DNA of 64,000 nt from Cyanophyceae cyanobacterium (GCA_038321985.1 JBBQFN010000009.1:1-64000), one strand, 5' to 3'. Counted from the stretch's first letter, positions 22,868 through 33,893 are shown. A program made the numbers and translations. Notes: a model not told the origin generated them from the letters alone.

Positions 22868-23851
22868 TTAATAATTTTGAGTAACCGTAGCGGGTATTTT
22901 AATCTCGGAAGCCGGTTCGCCATCGCCTCGGATTGCCTGGAACATTCCAAAGCGGCACAGTCTTGCCCCAAATGCTAGGCGCATTAATAGAATAGTGGGA
23001 ACTTCGCGAACGGATTTAATAAACCCAGAAACTCCAAATTGCATCCATCCTTGAGGTTTAATAAGGCCCTGCCAAATCGTATCGATCCAAGAAGGAAGGG
23101 TTTGCTCCGTCCAGTCATCGGTAGTGATCGTTCCCTTTACTAATCCAGTTGATTGTAATAGTTCTGAAAAGCCTTCAATGCTGGAAAAAGCAGGATGAGA
23201 CCACTGTTCGAGAAGTTGCTGCATCACCGGGCGTTCCCAAAAATTGAGGGGAATTTGGCGATCGTCTCGTTGATTCCAGTCGGCAACCAGTAGGATACCC
23301 CCGGGTTTGAGTACCCGCAACAATTCTTGAGCAAAAAGAGCTTTGTCCGGCATATGGGGGCCAGCTTCAATGGACCAAACCACATCAAAACTGCGATCGG
23401 GAAACGATAGAGCCAGGGCATCATCTAGGGCAAATTTGGCATCCAGATCATCGGGAGTCAGTTCTTGAGCACGCTTGACTTGTTGAGGACTAATCGTGAT
23501 ACCCGTGACGGAAAAACCATAGTTTTTTGCAAGGAGGCGACTGCTACCGCCAATGCCACAGCCCACATCTAAAACCGTCGTTCCGGGGGGTAATTGATCT
23601 AATCCACCCCACCGCACCATTTCATCTACAAAGTCTTCTTTTGCTTGGAGAAAATCTTTAGGTTGCGGCGGAGAACCGTAATGTCCCAGATGAATATGTT
23701 CTCCCCAGTAATATTCTAAAATTCCATCTTCAGTCCATTGGTCATAAGAATTAGCGACCGATTCGGAAGATTGATATTTGCGGGCGGTGATTAAATACAG
23801 AATAATGCTGAAAATTAATAGGGTGAGAATCAGTCCAAAAAATAAGACCAT
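22868..23851 (-). CDS. SAM-dependent MPBQ/MSBQ methyltransferase (tocopherol/plastoquinone pathway)
   Basis: SVANSYDQWTEDGILEYYWGEHIHLGHYG, VLDVGCGIGGS, WSIEAGPHMPDK. Confidence 0.88.
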   Translation of the reverse strand: MVLFFGLILTLLIFSIILYLITARKYQSSESVANSYDQWTEDGILEYYWGEHIHLGHYGSPPQPKDFLQAKEDFVDEMVRWGGLDQLPPGTTVLDVGCGIGGSSRLLAKNYGFSVTGITISPQQVKRAQELTPDDLDAKFALDDALALSFPDRSFDVVWSIEAGPHMPDKALFAQELLRVLKPGGILLVADWNQRDDRQIPLNFWERPVMQQLLEQWSHPAFSSIEGFSELLQSTGLVKGTITTDDWTEQTLPSWIDTIWQGLIKPQGWMQFGVSGFIKSVREVPTILLMRLAFGARLCRFGMFQAIRGDGEPASEIKIPATVTQNY

Positions 23852-23994
23852 AGCGTTATTTACAAAGGGTAAATAGAGAACAAATTATTGCCACAGAACG
23901 ACTGAGGCCCAAACCGGGATTCTCAAAGAAACCCGGCATTTTGAAGTGTACTTCACTCCAAAGCTGACCCAAAGCAAAGGAAAAATTACTGCTC

Positions 23995-24396
23995 TTACAG
24001 GGCCTGGGGTACGGTGGATGGGACGGGGAAAGGAGGCAGAACAAATGCGGTTGCTTCGCGAATGATGTGCGGACGTTCTTGATAAGGGACTTTCCCATCA
24101 ACCGAGGCTGCATATTGTTGACAAAAATTTGCCAAGTCGGTGGCTGATTCCGTGGGAGAAAGCCCACTTAAAACAAAAGTAATTTTCTGTGCAGCAGTGA
24201 GGGTGACATTGCACGAATCGCTACAAGCTGCCATACAGCGCACTGGCTGAAGGTGGATAGCTGATTGCAAGTTTTTGGCTTGCAGTTCGATTTGCAATTG
24301 CTCAATCAAATTCTCCCCACCGGATAAACCTTTCTGAGTGGGTTCTTTACGGGAGAATCGGCAGAGGGAACAGACAAATAGGGTAGCTTGGGTCAT
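23995..24396 (-). CDS. DUF1636 family putative metal-binding protein
   Basis: TLFVCSLC, VRCMAACSDSC, DGKVPYQERP; start taken as ATG 24396. Confidence 0.8.
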   Translation of the reverse strand: MTQATLFVCSLCRFSRKEPTQKGLSGGENLIEQLQIELQAKNLQSAIHLQPVRCMAACSDSCNVTLTAAQKITFVLSGLSPTESATDLANFCQQYAASVDGKVPYQERPHIIREATAFVLPPFPVPSTVPQAL

Positions 24397-24576
24397 TGAC
24401 TCTCTATCAAAACAGGACAAAATTTTACCATAAATTTGGGCGATCGCCTGGTCTGACTCAATTCAGGCCCTACCGTTACAGCTTATAACCTACAGGACCC
24501 ACTCAGCAACCGGATTAGGTGCAATAACTGGGGCTTCTCAACGGAGATAGTCTGACTCTAAAAATTATCTCTCACT

Positions 24577-26391
24577 TTAATAGCCTAAGGCTGCTCCCGC
24601 AGGACGCCGGGGGTCGTTGGCTCCCCAGAGGGTGTTTCCATCGACGGCAATGGAAGAGGCTGCTCCCCAGTTGGGAAAGGAGATGATTTGATATCCCATT
24701 TCTGAGAGCTGTTCTACGGTGTCAGGAGTGAGCGCGAAGGGTTCGGTTCTCACGACGTTAGGCAATCCTTGGTAGTGAAAGCGCGGCTGGCTAACGGCTT
24801 GTTCTACTGTCATTTGGCGATCGCTGATATGGGTGATAACTTGTAATACAGTGGTAGGAATGGTGGAACCCCCGGGACTTCCGGTAACGAGAAACAATTT
24901 ACCGTTACGGGTAACAATGGTGGGACTCATGGAGGAGAGAGGACGTTTCCCGGGTTCGATCCGATTGACGGTTCCCTGCACTAAGCCAAATTGATTGGGA
25001 ACTCCGGGTTTGGCGGTGAAATCGTCCATTTCATTATTTAGGAAAAATCCCGTACCTGGAGCAATTTCCATTGCGCCAAATAAGGAATTAATGGTATAAG
25101 TGACAGAGACGGCATTTCCCCAGCGATCGACGATGGAGTAGTGAGTGGTGTCGGTTCCCGTTGATTCGGGAGTCTGATTAAACAGCGGTTCGGGGGGGAT
25201 AGCTCGATTTTGGGGAATTTGGGCGCGAATTTCTGCGGCATAGTCATCCGATAGGAGGCGATCGCCTGGATTGTCCACAAAAGCGGGGTCGCCTAGATAA
25301 GTGTTGCGATCGGCAAAGGCGTACAACATGGTAGATAACATCAAATGCAGGCGGTTGGTTTCCGTGCTGTTTAGTTCGGCTACGGGATATCCATCTAGCA
25401 CATTCAGCATTTGGCACAGGGTTGTTCCGCCTCCGGGTGGCGGTGACGAAATGACGCGATCGCCTCGATAATCACATTCGACGGGCGCAGATTCGGTGAC
25501 GGTATAGGTGCTGAAATCTTCTAAGGTGAGAATACCTCCGTTTTCTTGACTGGCTTTGACGATTTTTTGGGCAATGGGGCCGGTATAAAAGGCGTCGGGT
25601 CCTTTGTCGGCAATGAGTTGTAAGCTGTTGGCTAAATCGGTTTGGATCAGGCGATCGCCCGCTTGATAGGGAGTTGTACCCTCTTTTAAGAAAATTGCGG
25701 CGATTTCAGGTTGTTGTTGGAATTGTTCCAGACTGCGGTTAAGAATATCAATATCACCGGCTTGTAAAATAAAACCCTCCCGCGCTAAGGCGATCGCACC
25801 TGTCATCACGCGATCGCGCGGGAAAGTTCCATAGCTTGTTAACGCGCGCTCCAGCCCCTTAACGGTCCCGGGAACGGCAACTGCTAAATATCCCTTTTGG
25901 CTCAATCCTGCCACAACCTCACCCGTCTCATCGAGATACATCTGCGGGGTTGAAGCTAGAGGTGCTGTTTCCCGAAAATCCAGGAACCGTTCCTCGCCAT
26001 TTGCCTGACGGATTAGCATAAATCCACCCCCACCCAAATTGCCACAACAAGGATGAGTAACGGCTAAAGCATACCCCACCGCAACCGCAGCATCTACGGC
26101 ATTTCCCCCCGCTTTGAGGATTTCTAAACCCACTTGAGATGCCTCCCGCGAGGCAGTGACTACCATACCATTTTTTGCCGAAACCCCTTCCCTAACGGGA
26201 ACATCTGTCAGGCAAAAATTACTCCAAATTTTACAGTTGACAAAGCTCGACCCTTGATACAAATGTCGGAAGGGACGATAAACGCTTCTAAAAATCGCCA
26301 TATCGACTAGAATAGATAAGGGAATGGCGATCGCAACTCCAGCGATGAAGCGCAATAGTCCAGTTTTGAGGGGTTGGCGAACCTGACGCAT
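24577..26391 (-). CDS. ggt: Gamma-glutamyltransferase
   Basis: GGNAVDAAVA, DFRETAP, catalytic TTHYS, LNNEMDDF, PGKRPLSSMSP, GSPGG. Confidence 0.95.
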   Translation of the reverse strand: MRQVRQPLKTGLLRFIAGVAIAIPLSILVDMAIFRSVYRPFRHLYQGSSFVNCKIWSNFCLTDVPVREGVSAKNGMVVTASREASQVGLEILKAGGNAVDAAVAVGYALAVTHPCCGNLGGGGFMLIRQANGEERFLDFRETAPLASTPQMYLDETGEVVAGLSQKGYLAVAVPGTVKGLERALTSYGTFPRDRVMTGAIALAREGFILQAGDIDILNRSLEQFQQQPEIAAIFLKEGTTPYQAGDRLIQTDLANSLQLIADKGPDAFYTGPIAQKIVKASQENGGILTLEDFSTYTVTESAPVECDYRGDRVISSPPPGGGTTLCQMLNVLDGYPVAELNSTETNRLHLMLSTMLYAFADRNTYLGDPAFVDNPGDRLLSDDYAAEIRAQIPQNRAIPPEPLFNQTPESTGTDTTHYSIVDRWGNAVSVTYTINSLFGAMEIAPGTGFFLNNEMDDFTAKPGVPNQFGLVQGTVNRIEPGKRPLSSMSPTIVTRNGKLFLVTGSPGGSTIPTTVLQVITHISDRQMTVEQAVSQPRFHYQGLPNVVRTEPFALTPDTVEQLSEMGYQIISFPNWGAASSIAVDGNTLWGANDPRRPAGAALGY

Positions 26392-26966
26392 AAATTCTCT
26401 AAACTTTGCAAAGGTGGATATATATATTTTAAATCATTCAGACCCTAGAAAAATTCAAGGGAGAAAGACGCACCCTCCCGCTTCATTGAAATAAATAAAG
26501 TGAAGGTTGGGAGAGTTTCTCTCGGTACTTTTTATAAATTATTGAAAAGTTATAAACTAGACGGTTATAACAAGACGAATTTACGCAGACAGAGCAAGAA
26601 AAGTCTAATTTAAATTAGAATAAAATCAACAGATTTAATACTCTGCTTAAAACTCTACTTAATCAGGTTAGGAACTAATGCTTGTGGGAGTTGTCAAAGA
26701 TTCTAAATCCGGATGCTCCCCACCGATCATCATGAATTCTGGATTGGACCACAACAGAATAATAGAGACTTGCCTCGGGGATCCGTCCCATCCTAATTGT
26801 TCTTTGTCGGCAGGGTTTAAAGAGGGCTGCAATCCTTTTAACGGTCGCTTTTGCGCTACAGATCATAGTGCTTAAGGGACATTTTGAAATCCACCCCTAG
26901 ATAGATAGCAGTTTTAAACCTTTGACCGAAAATTGATATAACAGATGTTACATCCAAACCAGAAAT

Positions 26967-27269
26967 ATGGGGTCTCCCTCAAGAATCACCGCAGAGGATC
27001 AAAAAACACTGCCACTCAAGCAACCACAGATAGGGAATCTGATTCGGGAACTGCGACAGCTTGCTGGATTAACCCAGGAACAGTTTGCTTTGAGACTCGG
27101 GGTTGCCTATGCGACTATCAACCGCTGGGAAAATGCTCGGGTCCAGCCGTCTTCCCTCGCATTGCAACAGATTCGAGCCGTGATAGACGAACTCGGGGAC
27201 TCCCCGTCACAACAGCTACGAGAGGATAGCCAGAACATTCTCTACAGCTATTTGGAAACAAAGGATTAG
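26967..27269 (+). CDS. XRE-family helix-turn-helix protein
   Basis: LIRELRQLAGLTQEQFALRLGVAYATINRWEN. Confidence 0.88.
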   Translation: MGSPSRITAEDQKTLPLKQPQIGNLIRELRQLAGLTQEQFALRLGVAYATINRWENARVQPSSLALQQIRAVIDELGDSPSQQLREDSQNILYSYLETKD

Positions 27270-27293
27270 AGCTTGGTACCCAGGAAAAAAGCA

Positions 27294-30200
27294 ATGAACG
27301 TAGAGGATAATTTGGCAGTTGGTGGCGAGATGGGTAGCCTGATCGGAAGAGTAAATTGGTCTACAACTACTATCGGTGGGATGGAAAGTTGGCCCCATAG
27401 TCTGCGAAATGCAGTGAATTTGAGCTTGAGTTCCCCGGTACCGATCGCGATTTTATGGGGACCCGATTGGATACAATTTTATAATGATGCTTACCATCAA
27501 CTCCTGAAAGAGACTCCCCAGTTACGATTGTTCGGTCAGCCGGTGCGGGAGTGTTGGACTAACAGTTTCCCATCCGTGGCTAGTGCGATCGCTACTGTGT
27601 TTGCAAGCGGACAATTTTATCAGTTAGAAAATCTATGCTTTGGGTGCGATCGCTGCGATTGTGCGGAGGAAGTGCCTCTCACCTTCTCATCTAGTCCGAT
27701 TTTCAATGAATCGGGGGAAGTAGCGGGAACTTTTAATATCATCACCCGGACTGCCCAGGCTCAGGCTGCAATAATCGACGACGAGGCAGAAATCCCCGGA
27801 GTGAGGGGTTCATCCCAGCCTATCGAGGAAGAACAGCAAGAGCCTGAACAGTTCTTTAAACTTGCTCTTCAGACCGCTAAATTGGGTTTCTGGCAAGTGG
27901 ATTTAGGTACGGGAATTCTCACTTGTTCTGACCAGTGTAAGGCTAATTTTGGCTTGTCTCCCGAGGCGGAGTTTTCTCACGATATCCTATTTGCCGCCCT
28001 TCATCCAGATGACCGCGATCACGTGCAAGCGGCGATTCAACGGACTCTCAAGGAACGGGTGGATTACGAAGTAGAAGAACGCTGTTTTTGGCCCGATGGC
28101 AGTCTCCATTGCTTAATCGCACGGGGGGGATTGGTTTACGATTCTGCGGGGATACCCATCCGCATGGTGGGTTTCACCCTGGATATTACCGATCGCAAGC
28201 AGTTTGAGGAATCACTACAATCGGCGAACCAACGTATCTCTAATATACTCGAAAGCATTACCGATGGATTTATCGCCTTGGATCATAAGGGGCGGTTTAC
28301 TTATCTCAATTCGGAAGCAGGACGACTGTTGCAGCGATCGCCCGAAGAGTTATTAGGTAAAGCCATTTATGATGCCCGGGATGCCGAGGGAATGACTTGG
28401 GATTGGCTGAACAATCAAACTCTACATCGAGCGCAGGTAGAAGGGATTACGGTTACGGAAGAATCTTTTTTATCCCAGTCGAATCAGTGGGTGGAAATCT
28501 CGGCTTTTCCCGTGAATGAAGGAATCGCTGTTTATATTCGAGATATTAGCGATCGCAAGCGGACCCAACAGCGCCAATCGGCTCAATATGCGATCGCTGA
28601 GGTGTTAGCGGAAGCAACAACTTGGGCTCAAGCAGTTCCGGCCATCTTACAAGCCTTGTGTGAAAGTTTAGGATGGCAACTGGGGACGATTTGGACTCTC
28701 AATGCCCAGGATAATCGTCTACACTCCTCCGAAAGCTGGCATTTACCCCATTTAAACCTCCAAGAGTTTTTGGAGGCCACTGCACAAATGAGCTTCGCAC
28801 CAGGGGTTGGACTTCCCGGACGGATTTGGGAGAAGCGTCAACCGATTTGGATACCCGACTTGGATGCAGAGGAGAACTTCCCAAGAGCAGCAGCAGCAGC
28901 GATGAGAGCGGGATTGCGATCAGCCGGGGGATTTCCAATTTTATTGGGAGATAAGCTGTTAGGGGAAATTGAATGCTTTAGCGATCGCTCCCAAGCACCG
29001 GACCCGGAATTGCTGGAATTGATGGGGGCCATCAGTTCTCAAATTGGACAGTTTATCGAACGCAAACGCACGGAGGATGCTTTGCGAGAGAGTCAGCAAT
29101 TATTTTCTCACTTCATGAGTAATAGTCCATTTGCGGCTTTTATCAAGGATGCTGCCGGACGCAAAGTCTTTGTCAATGCGGCATTAGAGCGCTCATTGCA
29201 GCGTCCCAGCTCGGAAATTTTAGGGAAAACTGACTTTGACTTAGTTCCCGTTGAGGTGGCGAAGCAATGGCGAGCGAATGATCGCCAGGTGTTAGAACAG
29301 GATATACCCATTCAGTTCTTAGAAACGATTGAACAAGAAGACGGGGAAACGGCTTATTATATGTCCTACAAATTCCCCTTCCGAGACGGATTGGGACAAC
29401 AGTTCCTGGCTGGGGTGGCGATCGATATTAGCAGTCGGATTCGGGCCGAAACTGCTTTGCAGGAAAAGGAACGGCGGTTAGCGCTAGCCCTGAGTGCAGC
29501 CAATGCGGGAACCTGGGAATGGGATATTACCACAGGTAAAATGTTCTGGTCAGAAGAAAATTTTTGCTTGTTGGGATACGAACCCGGCCGTTGTGAGATG
29601 AGCTATCAGAACTGGGTACAAGCGGTTCATCCCGATGATCGCAAAACGGTCGAGGGTGCAGTGCAACATACCCTGGATCGCCAAAGTAACTTAAACTTAG
29701 AATACCGGATATTGCTTCCCACCGGCTCACTCCGCTGGTTGAGTAATATCGGGGAGACCCTTGTGGATGAAAGCGGCCAAATTAAGGGAATGAGCGGCAT
29801 CCAAATTGATATTACTGAACGCAAGCAAACGGAGGAAGCCCTACGCGCTAGCGCTCAAAGATTGAGCCTTGCTTTAGAAGCGGCCAAAATGGGAGATTGT
29901 AGTTGGGAGTTAGCCAGCGATCGGGCAACATTTTCTCAACGCGCCGCAGAAATTTTTGGAATTGTTCCTGAGCCTAATCTCACTTGGACCCAGATCCAGG
30001 ACCTGGTACATGAAGAAGATCGTGATAAGTTGCAGTTGGCGATTGAGCGAGCAATTCGCGATCGCCTCGACTATGGCATTGAATATCGAATCCGACGTCC
30101 TGACGGTAACGAACGGTGGGTTGCAGTCAAAGGACTCGCTCAATATGATTCTAGCGGACAAGTGCTAGGAATATTAGGGGTGATGCAGGATATTAGCGAT

Positions 30201-32573
30201 CGCAAGCAAGCGGAGGTGGAAAAGCAACAACTGCTTGAGCGCGTCCGAATGAAACGAGAACTGCTCAACGCCGTCTTGCAACAGTTACCCGCAGGGGCGA
30301 TCGTCGCCGAAGCTCCCTCGGGAAAAATTCTCCTGTTTAACGAGCAAATCAAAGAAATTGCCCGGATTCCCCACTTACTCTCCATGGAGAACCTGAATCA
30401 ACCCAGCGAGTATCAGGGATTTTATCCCGATGGACGAGCTTATCAACTCCACGAATGGCCTTTATACCGTTCGGTGTATAGCGGTGAGGTGGTGAAGAAC
30501 GAAGAGATCCACCTCGTCCGAGGAGATGGGACGCGGGGGATTATCCTGGTCAATTCGGGACCCGTGTATGATAAAAACGGGGCAGTTCGAGCCGGGGTAG
30601 TGACCTTTGCCGATATTACCGATCGCTATTCAGCCGAGGAAGCTCTCCGGCAAAGTGAGCGCCTGTATCGGGCGATTGGGGAAACCCTGAATTATGGGAT
30701 TTGGATTTGCGATCGCCAGGGACGCCACCTTTACGCGAGCGACTCATTTTTGCGTCTGGTAGGAATGACCCTAGAAGAATGGAAGGGATTAGGTTGGTTA
30801 CAGATGTTAGAACCCGACGCAGCCCAGGACACTCTAGCCGCTTGGACAGCGCGCTCAACCACTGGGGAATTGTGGGACGAGGAAAAGCTAGTGTGTGGAG
30901 TCGATGGTCACTCACATCCGATTTTGGTTCGGGGGGTACCTGTGCGAGATAACTCTGGAAAAATTATCTGTTGGGCGGGGATTAATTTAGATATTAGCCG
31001 TCTCAAACAGGTTGAGGGGGAATTGCGGGAATCGGAGTACCGTTTCCGACTGCTGGCAGATAAGGTTCCGATCCAGATTTGGATGGAAGACGAAAGGGGA
31101 TGCTGTCACTTTGTAAATGAGCGATATCTGGAGTTTACGGGCTTGTGCCAAGCGGATATCTCCCTGGATTGGACAGATATACTGCACCCAGACGATCGGG
31201 CAGATTATATGAGAGAGTATGCCTTGGCAAGCACCCATCCCCGGGAGCATCGAGCAGTGGTGAGGATGCGGCGACATGATGGAGTCTATCGGTGGATGGA
31301 AGTGATTGGCTTACCTCGTTTTGAAGGCGATCGCTTTGTGGGTTATGTCGGGTGTAATACAGACATCACGGACCGTAAACAAGCGGAGGAAGAACGGGAA
31401 CAAATTCTGGCGCGCGAACGCGCTGCCCGGGAAGAATCGGAAGCGGCAAACCGCATCAAGGATGAATTTTTGGCCGTCCTTTCTCACGAGTTGCGATCGC
31501 CTCTCAATCCGATTTTGGGCTGGTCAAAACTGTTAAGAACTCGTCAATTTGACCTCTCCTCCCGCGATCGCGCCCTAGAAACGATCGAGCGCAATGCCCG
31601 CTTGCTTTCTAAGCTAATTGAAGATTTGTTGGATGTTTCCCGAATCCTCCAGGGTAAAATTGCCCTCAATGTCAGTCCGGTTCAGTTAGTTCCTACCCTG
31701 GAGTCAGCATTGGAAACGGTTCAGCTAGCCGCAACTTCCAAAGGAATTGATATTGTTACCTATTTTGAGCCGGATCTCGGTCCGGTGTCCGGCGATCGCG
31801 ATCGGATTCAGCAGATTATGTGGAACTTATTATCTAATGCCATCAAATTTACGCCGACTGGAGGACAGGTAAATGTTTATCTCAAACGAAATGCTCCATG
31901 CGCTGAGATTATTATAACGGATACAGGCAAAGGCATTGACAGCGAGTTTTTGCCCTATGTCTTCGACTTATTCCGTCAGCAGGATGGGAAAACGACTCGC
32001 CAATTTGGCGGCTTGGGATTGGGACTGGCGATCGTCCGCTATCTCACTGAGTTACACGGAGGAACTGTTGCCGTAGCCAGTCACGGGGAAGGGCAAGGTG
32101 CAACATTTACGGTGAGTTTACCCCTCACTCAGGAACTCGGGACTGATGGCGTAAAGTTAGGGGATAGTTCTGCCCTGGAATCGGAAGTCTCCCCTTTGGC
32201 GGGACTTCAAATTCTGTTAGTAGATGATGAGCTGGATATGAGAGAATTGGCGACAACGATTTTGGCCCAGGCAGGTGCAAATGTGAGGGCTGCTGCCTCG
32301 GCAAGGGAGGCGGTAAACTGTCTAGACTGCCACAATTTTGACATTCTGATTACTGATTTGGGGATGCCCGATATCGATGGGTATATGCTGATCCGTCAGG
32401 TGAGAACTCGCCCCTTGGAACAGGGGGGCGCGATTCCGGCGATCGCCTTGACGGCTTATGCCGGAGAGTCCAATCAGCAAAAAGCTCTCCAAGCCGGATT
32501 TCAGCTTCACCTCTCCAAGCCGGTAGAACCTGAAGTCCTAGTAAAAGCGATCAAAGAGTTAATCCCGCGCTGA
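27294..32573 (+). CDS. Multi-PAS/GAF hybrid sensor histidine kinase with C-terminal receiver
   Basis: Many PAS/PAC units (HPDDR..DITDRK), a GAF domain (PGVGLPGRIW), LSHELRSPL, GGLGLGL, ILLVDDE..DLGMP; ATG at 27294. Confidence 0.93.
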   Translation: MNVEDNLAVGGEMGSLIGRVNWSTTTIGGMESWPHSLRNAVNLSLSSPVPIAILWGPDWIQFYNDAYHQLLKETPQLRLFGQPVRECWTNSFPSVASAIATVFASGQFYQLENLCFGCDRCDCAEEVPLTFSSSPIFNESGEVAGTFNIITRTAQAQAAIIDDEAEIPGVRGSSQPIEEEQQEPEQFFKLALQTAKLGFWQVDLGTGILTCSDQCKANFGLSPEAEFSHDILFAALHPDDRDHVQAAIQRTLKERVDYEVEERCFWPDGSLHCLIARGGLVYDSAGIPIRMVGFTLDITDRKQFEESLQSANQRISNILESITDGFIALDHKGRFTYLNSEAGRLLQRSPEELLGKAIYDARDAEGMTWDWLNNQTLHRAQVEGITVTEESFLSQSNQWVEISAFPVNEGIAVYIRDISDRKRTQQRQSAQYAIAEVLAEATTWAQAVPAILQALCESLGWQLGTIWTLNAQDNRLHSSESWHLPHLNLQEFLEATAQMSFAPGVGLPGRIWEKRQPIWIPDLDAEENFPRAAAAAMRAGLRSAGGFPILLGDKLLGEIECFSDRSQAPDPELLELMGAISSQIGQFIERKRTEDALRESQQLFSHFMSNSPFAAFIKDAAGRKVFVNAALERSLQRPSSEILGKTDFDLVPVEVAKQWRANDRQVLEQDIPIQFLETIEQEDGETAYYMSYKFPFRDGLGQQFLAGVAIDISSRIRAETALQEKERRLALALSAANAGTWEWDITTGKMFWSEENFCLLGYEPGRCEMSYQNWVQAVHPDDRKTVEGAVQHTLDRQSNLNLEYRILLPTGSLRWLSNIGETLVDESGQIKGMSGIQIDITERKQTEEALRASAQRLSLALEAAKMGDCSWELASDRATFSQRAAEIFGIVPEPNLTWTQIQDLVHEEDRDKLQLAIERAIRDRLDYGIEYRIRRPDGNERWVAVKGLAQYDSSGQVLGILGVMQDISDRKQAEVEKQQLLERVRMKRELLNAVLQQLPAGAIVAEAPSGKILLFNEQIKEIARIPHLLSMENLNQPSEYQGFYPDGRAYQLHEWPLYRSVYSGEVVKNEEIHLVRGDGTRGIILVNSGPVYDKNGAVRAGVVTFADITDRYSAEEALRQSERLYRAIGETLNYGIWICDRQGRHLYASDSFLRLVGMTLEEWKGLGWLQMLEPDAAQDTLAAWTARSTTGELWDEEKLVCGVDGHSHPILVRGVPVRDNSGKIICWAGINLDISRLKQVEGELRESEYRFRLLADKVPIQIWMEDERGCCHFVNERYLEFTGLCQADISLDWTDILHPDDRADYMREYALASTHPREHRAVVRMRRHDGVYRWMEVIGLPRFEGDRFVGYVGCNTDITDRKQAEEEREQILARERAAREESEAANRIKDEFLAVLSHELRSPLNPILGWSKLLRTRQFDLSSRDRALETIERNARLLSKLIEDLLDVSRILQGKIALNVSPVQLVPTLESALETVQLAATSKGIDIVTYFEPDLGPVSGDRDRIQQIMWNLLSNAIKFTPTGGQVNVYLKRNAPCAEIIITDTGKGIDSEFLPYVFDLFRQQDGKTTRQFGGLGLGLAIVRYLTELHGGTVAVASHGEGQGATFTVSLPLTQELGTDGVKLGDSSALESEVSPLAGLQILLVDDELDMRELATTILAQAGANVRAAASAREAVNCLDCHNFDILITDLGMPDIDGYMLIRQVRTRPLEQGGAIPAIALTAYAGESNQQKALQAGFQLHLSKPVEPEVLVKAIKELIPR

Positions 32574-33389
32574 TATGGTTTCTTATTTTTATTTTAAGGA
32601 TTAGGATGATTTAGAGGGCGCTATATAGCCCTCCCACACACACAGGGGAGGGGACCCGAGGGGGTTTCAGCCTTGAGTTTTTGTCAGCACAGAAGTCGTT
32701 TGCCCTGCTTCACCCCAAAAATTTTATTAGCTCAAACCCTAGAATTTTAAGAACGATCGCTCGTCTTTATGCGATCGCTTCTTAATATTAGCTTCTTTGG
32801 GAAGTTAAGTTTTCACCCGCTCTACAAATCTGTGAAAACCTGGTAAAATCAGTCTTTCAATCCCGAAAGCTCTCCCGAAGAGAGTTCCCCAATTCCCGAT
32901 GCCCCCCGTCGATTCAATCCCCTCACTCTTATTACAAATCTACCCCTAGAACCCTCACCAGGATGGAACTAGGGATAGAGCCGCGTCGTCTTTTGCGGGT
33001 TTAGATTGACCCAGAGAGTGAAATTGCCGCACAAATATGCAAATTGTTAGAAAAATTTAACCTTTTTTGAAGAAAAATAGAATATACTTCTATAGCATCA
33101 GAGTTAGTATGATTAGCTCTCCCCTTCCTCCTTCAGGCTAAGGTGCCACCCACCCGGTCCTGTGTAAAGGGGTTTCCAGAATAACGTTTCGGAACGAGCG
33201 ATCGCCTTTCCTAGGCTGCTATCGCTCCTTGATTCCTCTTTTTGGCAATCGCGCTTACTCAGCGAAACGGATCGAGTCCCTATAAATGGGGCGACTGCGG
33301 GTAGGTCCCTCTAAATCTACCTTCGCGAGACCCCTACTGATTCCAATCGAGGAAACCCCCTTAATCATAAAAAAATTAGGATATAGACC

Positions 33390-33893
33390 ATGACAGACCT
33401 TTATTCCTCGGATGAAACGGCTCATCCTCACTCCCTATCACTCCACAGATTAGACCGAGCGATTTCTCTGTCACAAGGTCAATTTTGCCTAATTTTGGCT
33501 TCCTGTAATTCCGTAGCCGTGCGATCGCAACTCGTCCAAGAATTTCCGGTTAATTTGTCCGTGGATATTCAGCACTTGTGTTTGCCGCCATCCGTCAAAA
33601 CTCTCTACACGACGATGCATCAAGCACTCGAAAACAAACAGCCGAATGCTTTAATGATTTTCGGATTAGAATCAGTAATTTCCATTGAACAATTACTCAC
33701 TGCCACTAACTTTGTCCGGGATGATTTTCGTAAAGATTTTGCCTTCCCGGTGATCTTGTGGGTGAATGATGAAATCATGCAAAAATTGGTTCGTTTAGCC
33801 CCGGACTTCAAAAATTGGGCCGCTTCTACCATTCGGTTTCCGATTATCAAAGAACCCGTCCCTACAGCGGATTTGGCTTATCAATTGATCTAA
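33390..33893 (+). CDS. Hypothetical protein resembling the N-terminal module of large cyanobacterial ATPase-WD40/TPR proteins
   Basis: LDRAISLSQGQFCLILASCN..LMIFGLESV..FRKDFAFPVILWVND..LAPDFKNW. Confidence 0.7.
   Translation: MTDLYSSDETAHPHSLSLHRLDRAISLSQGQFCLILASCNSVAVRSQLVQEFPVNLSVDIQHLCLPPSVKTLYTTMHQALENKQPNALMIFGLESVISIEQLLTATNFVRDDFRKDFAFPVILWVNDEIMQKLVRLAPDFKNWAASTIRFPIIKEPVPTADLAYQLI

Noticed and set aside
26675..26875. Overlapping 63-65 aa ORFs upstream of the XRE gene
   Set aside because: No recognisable motif and ORFs on both strands; not supportable as coding.
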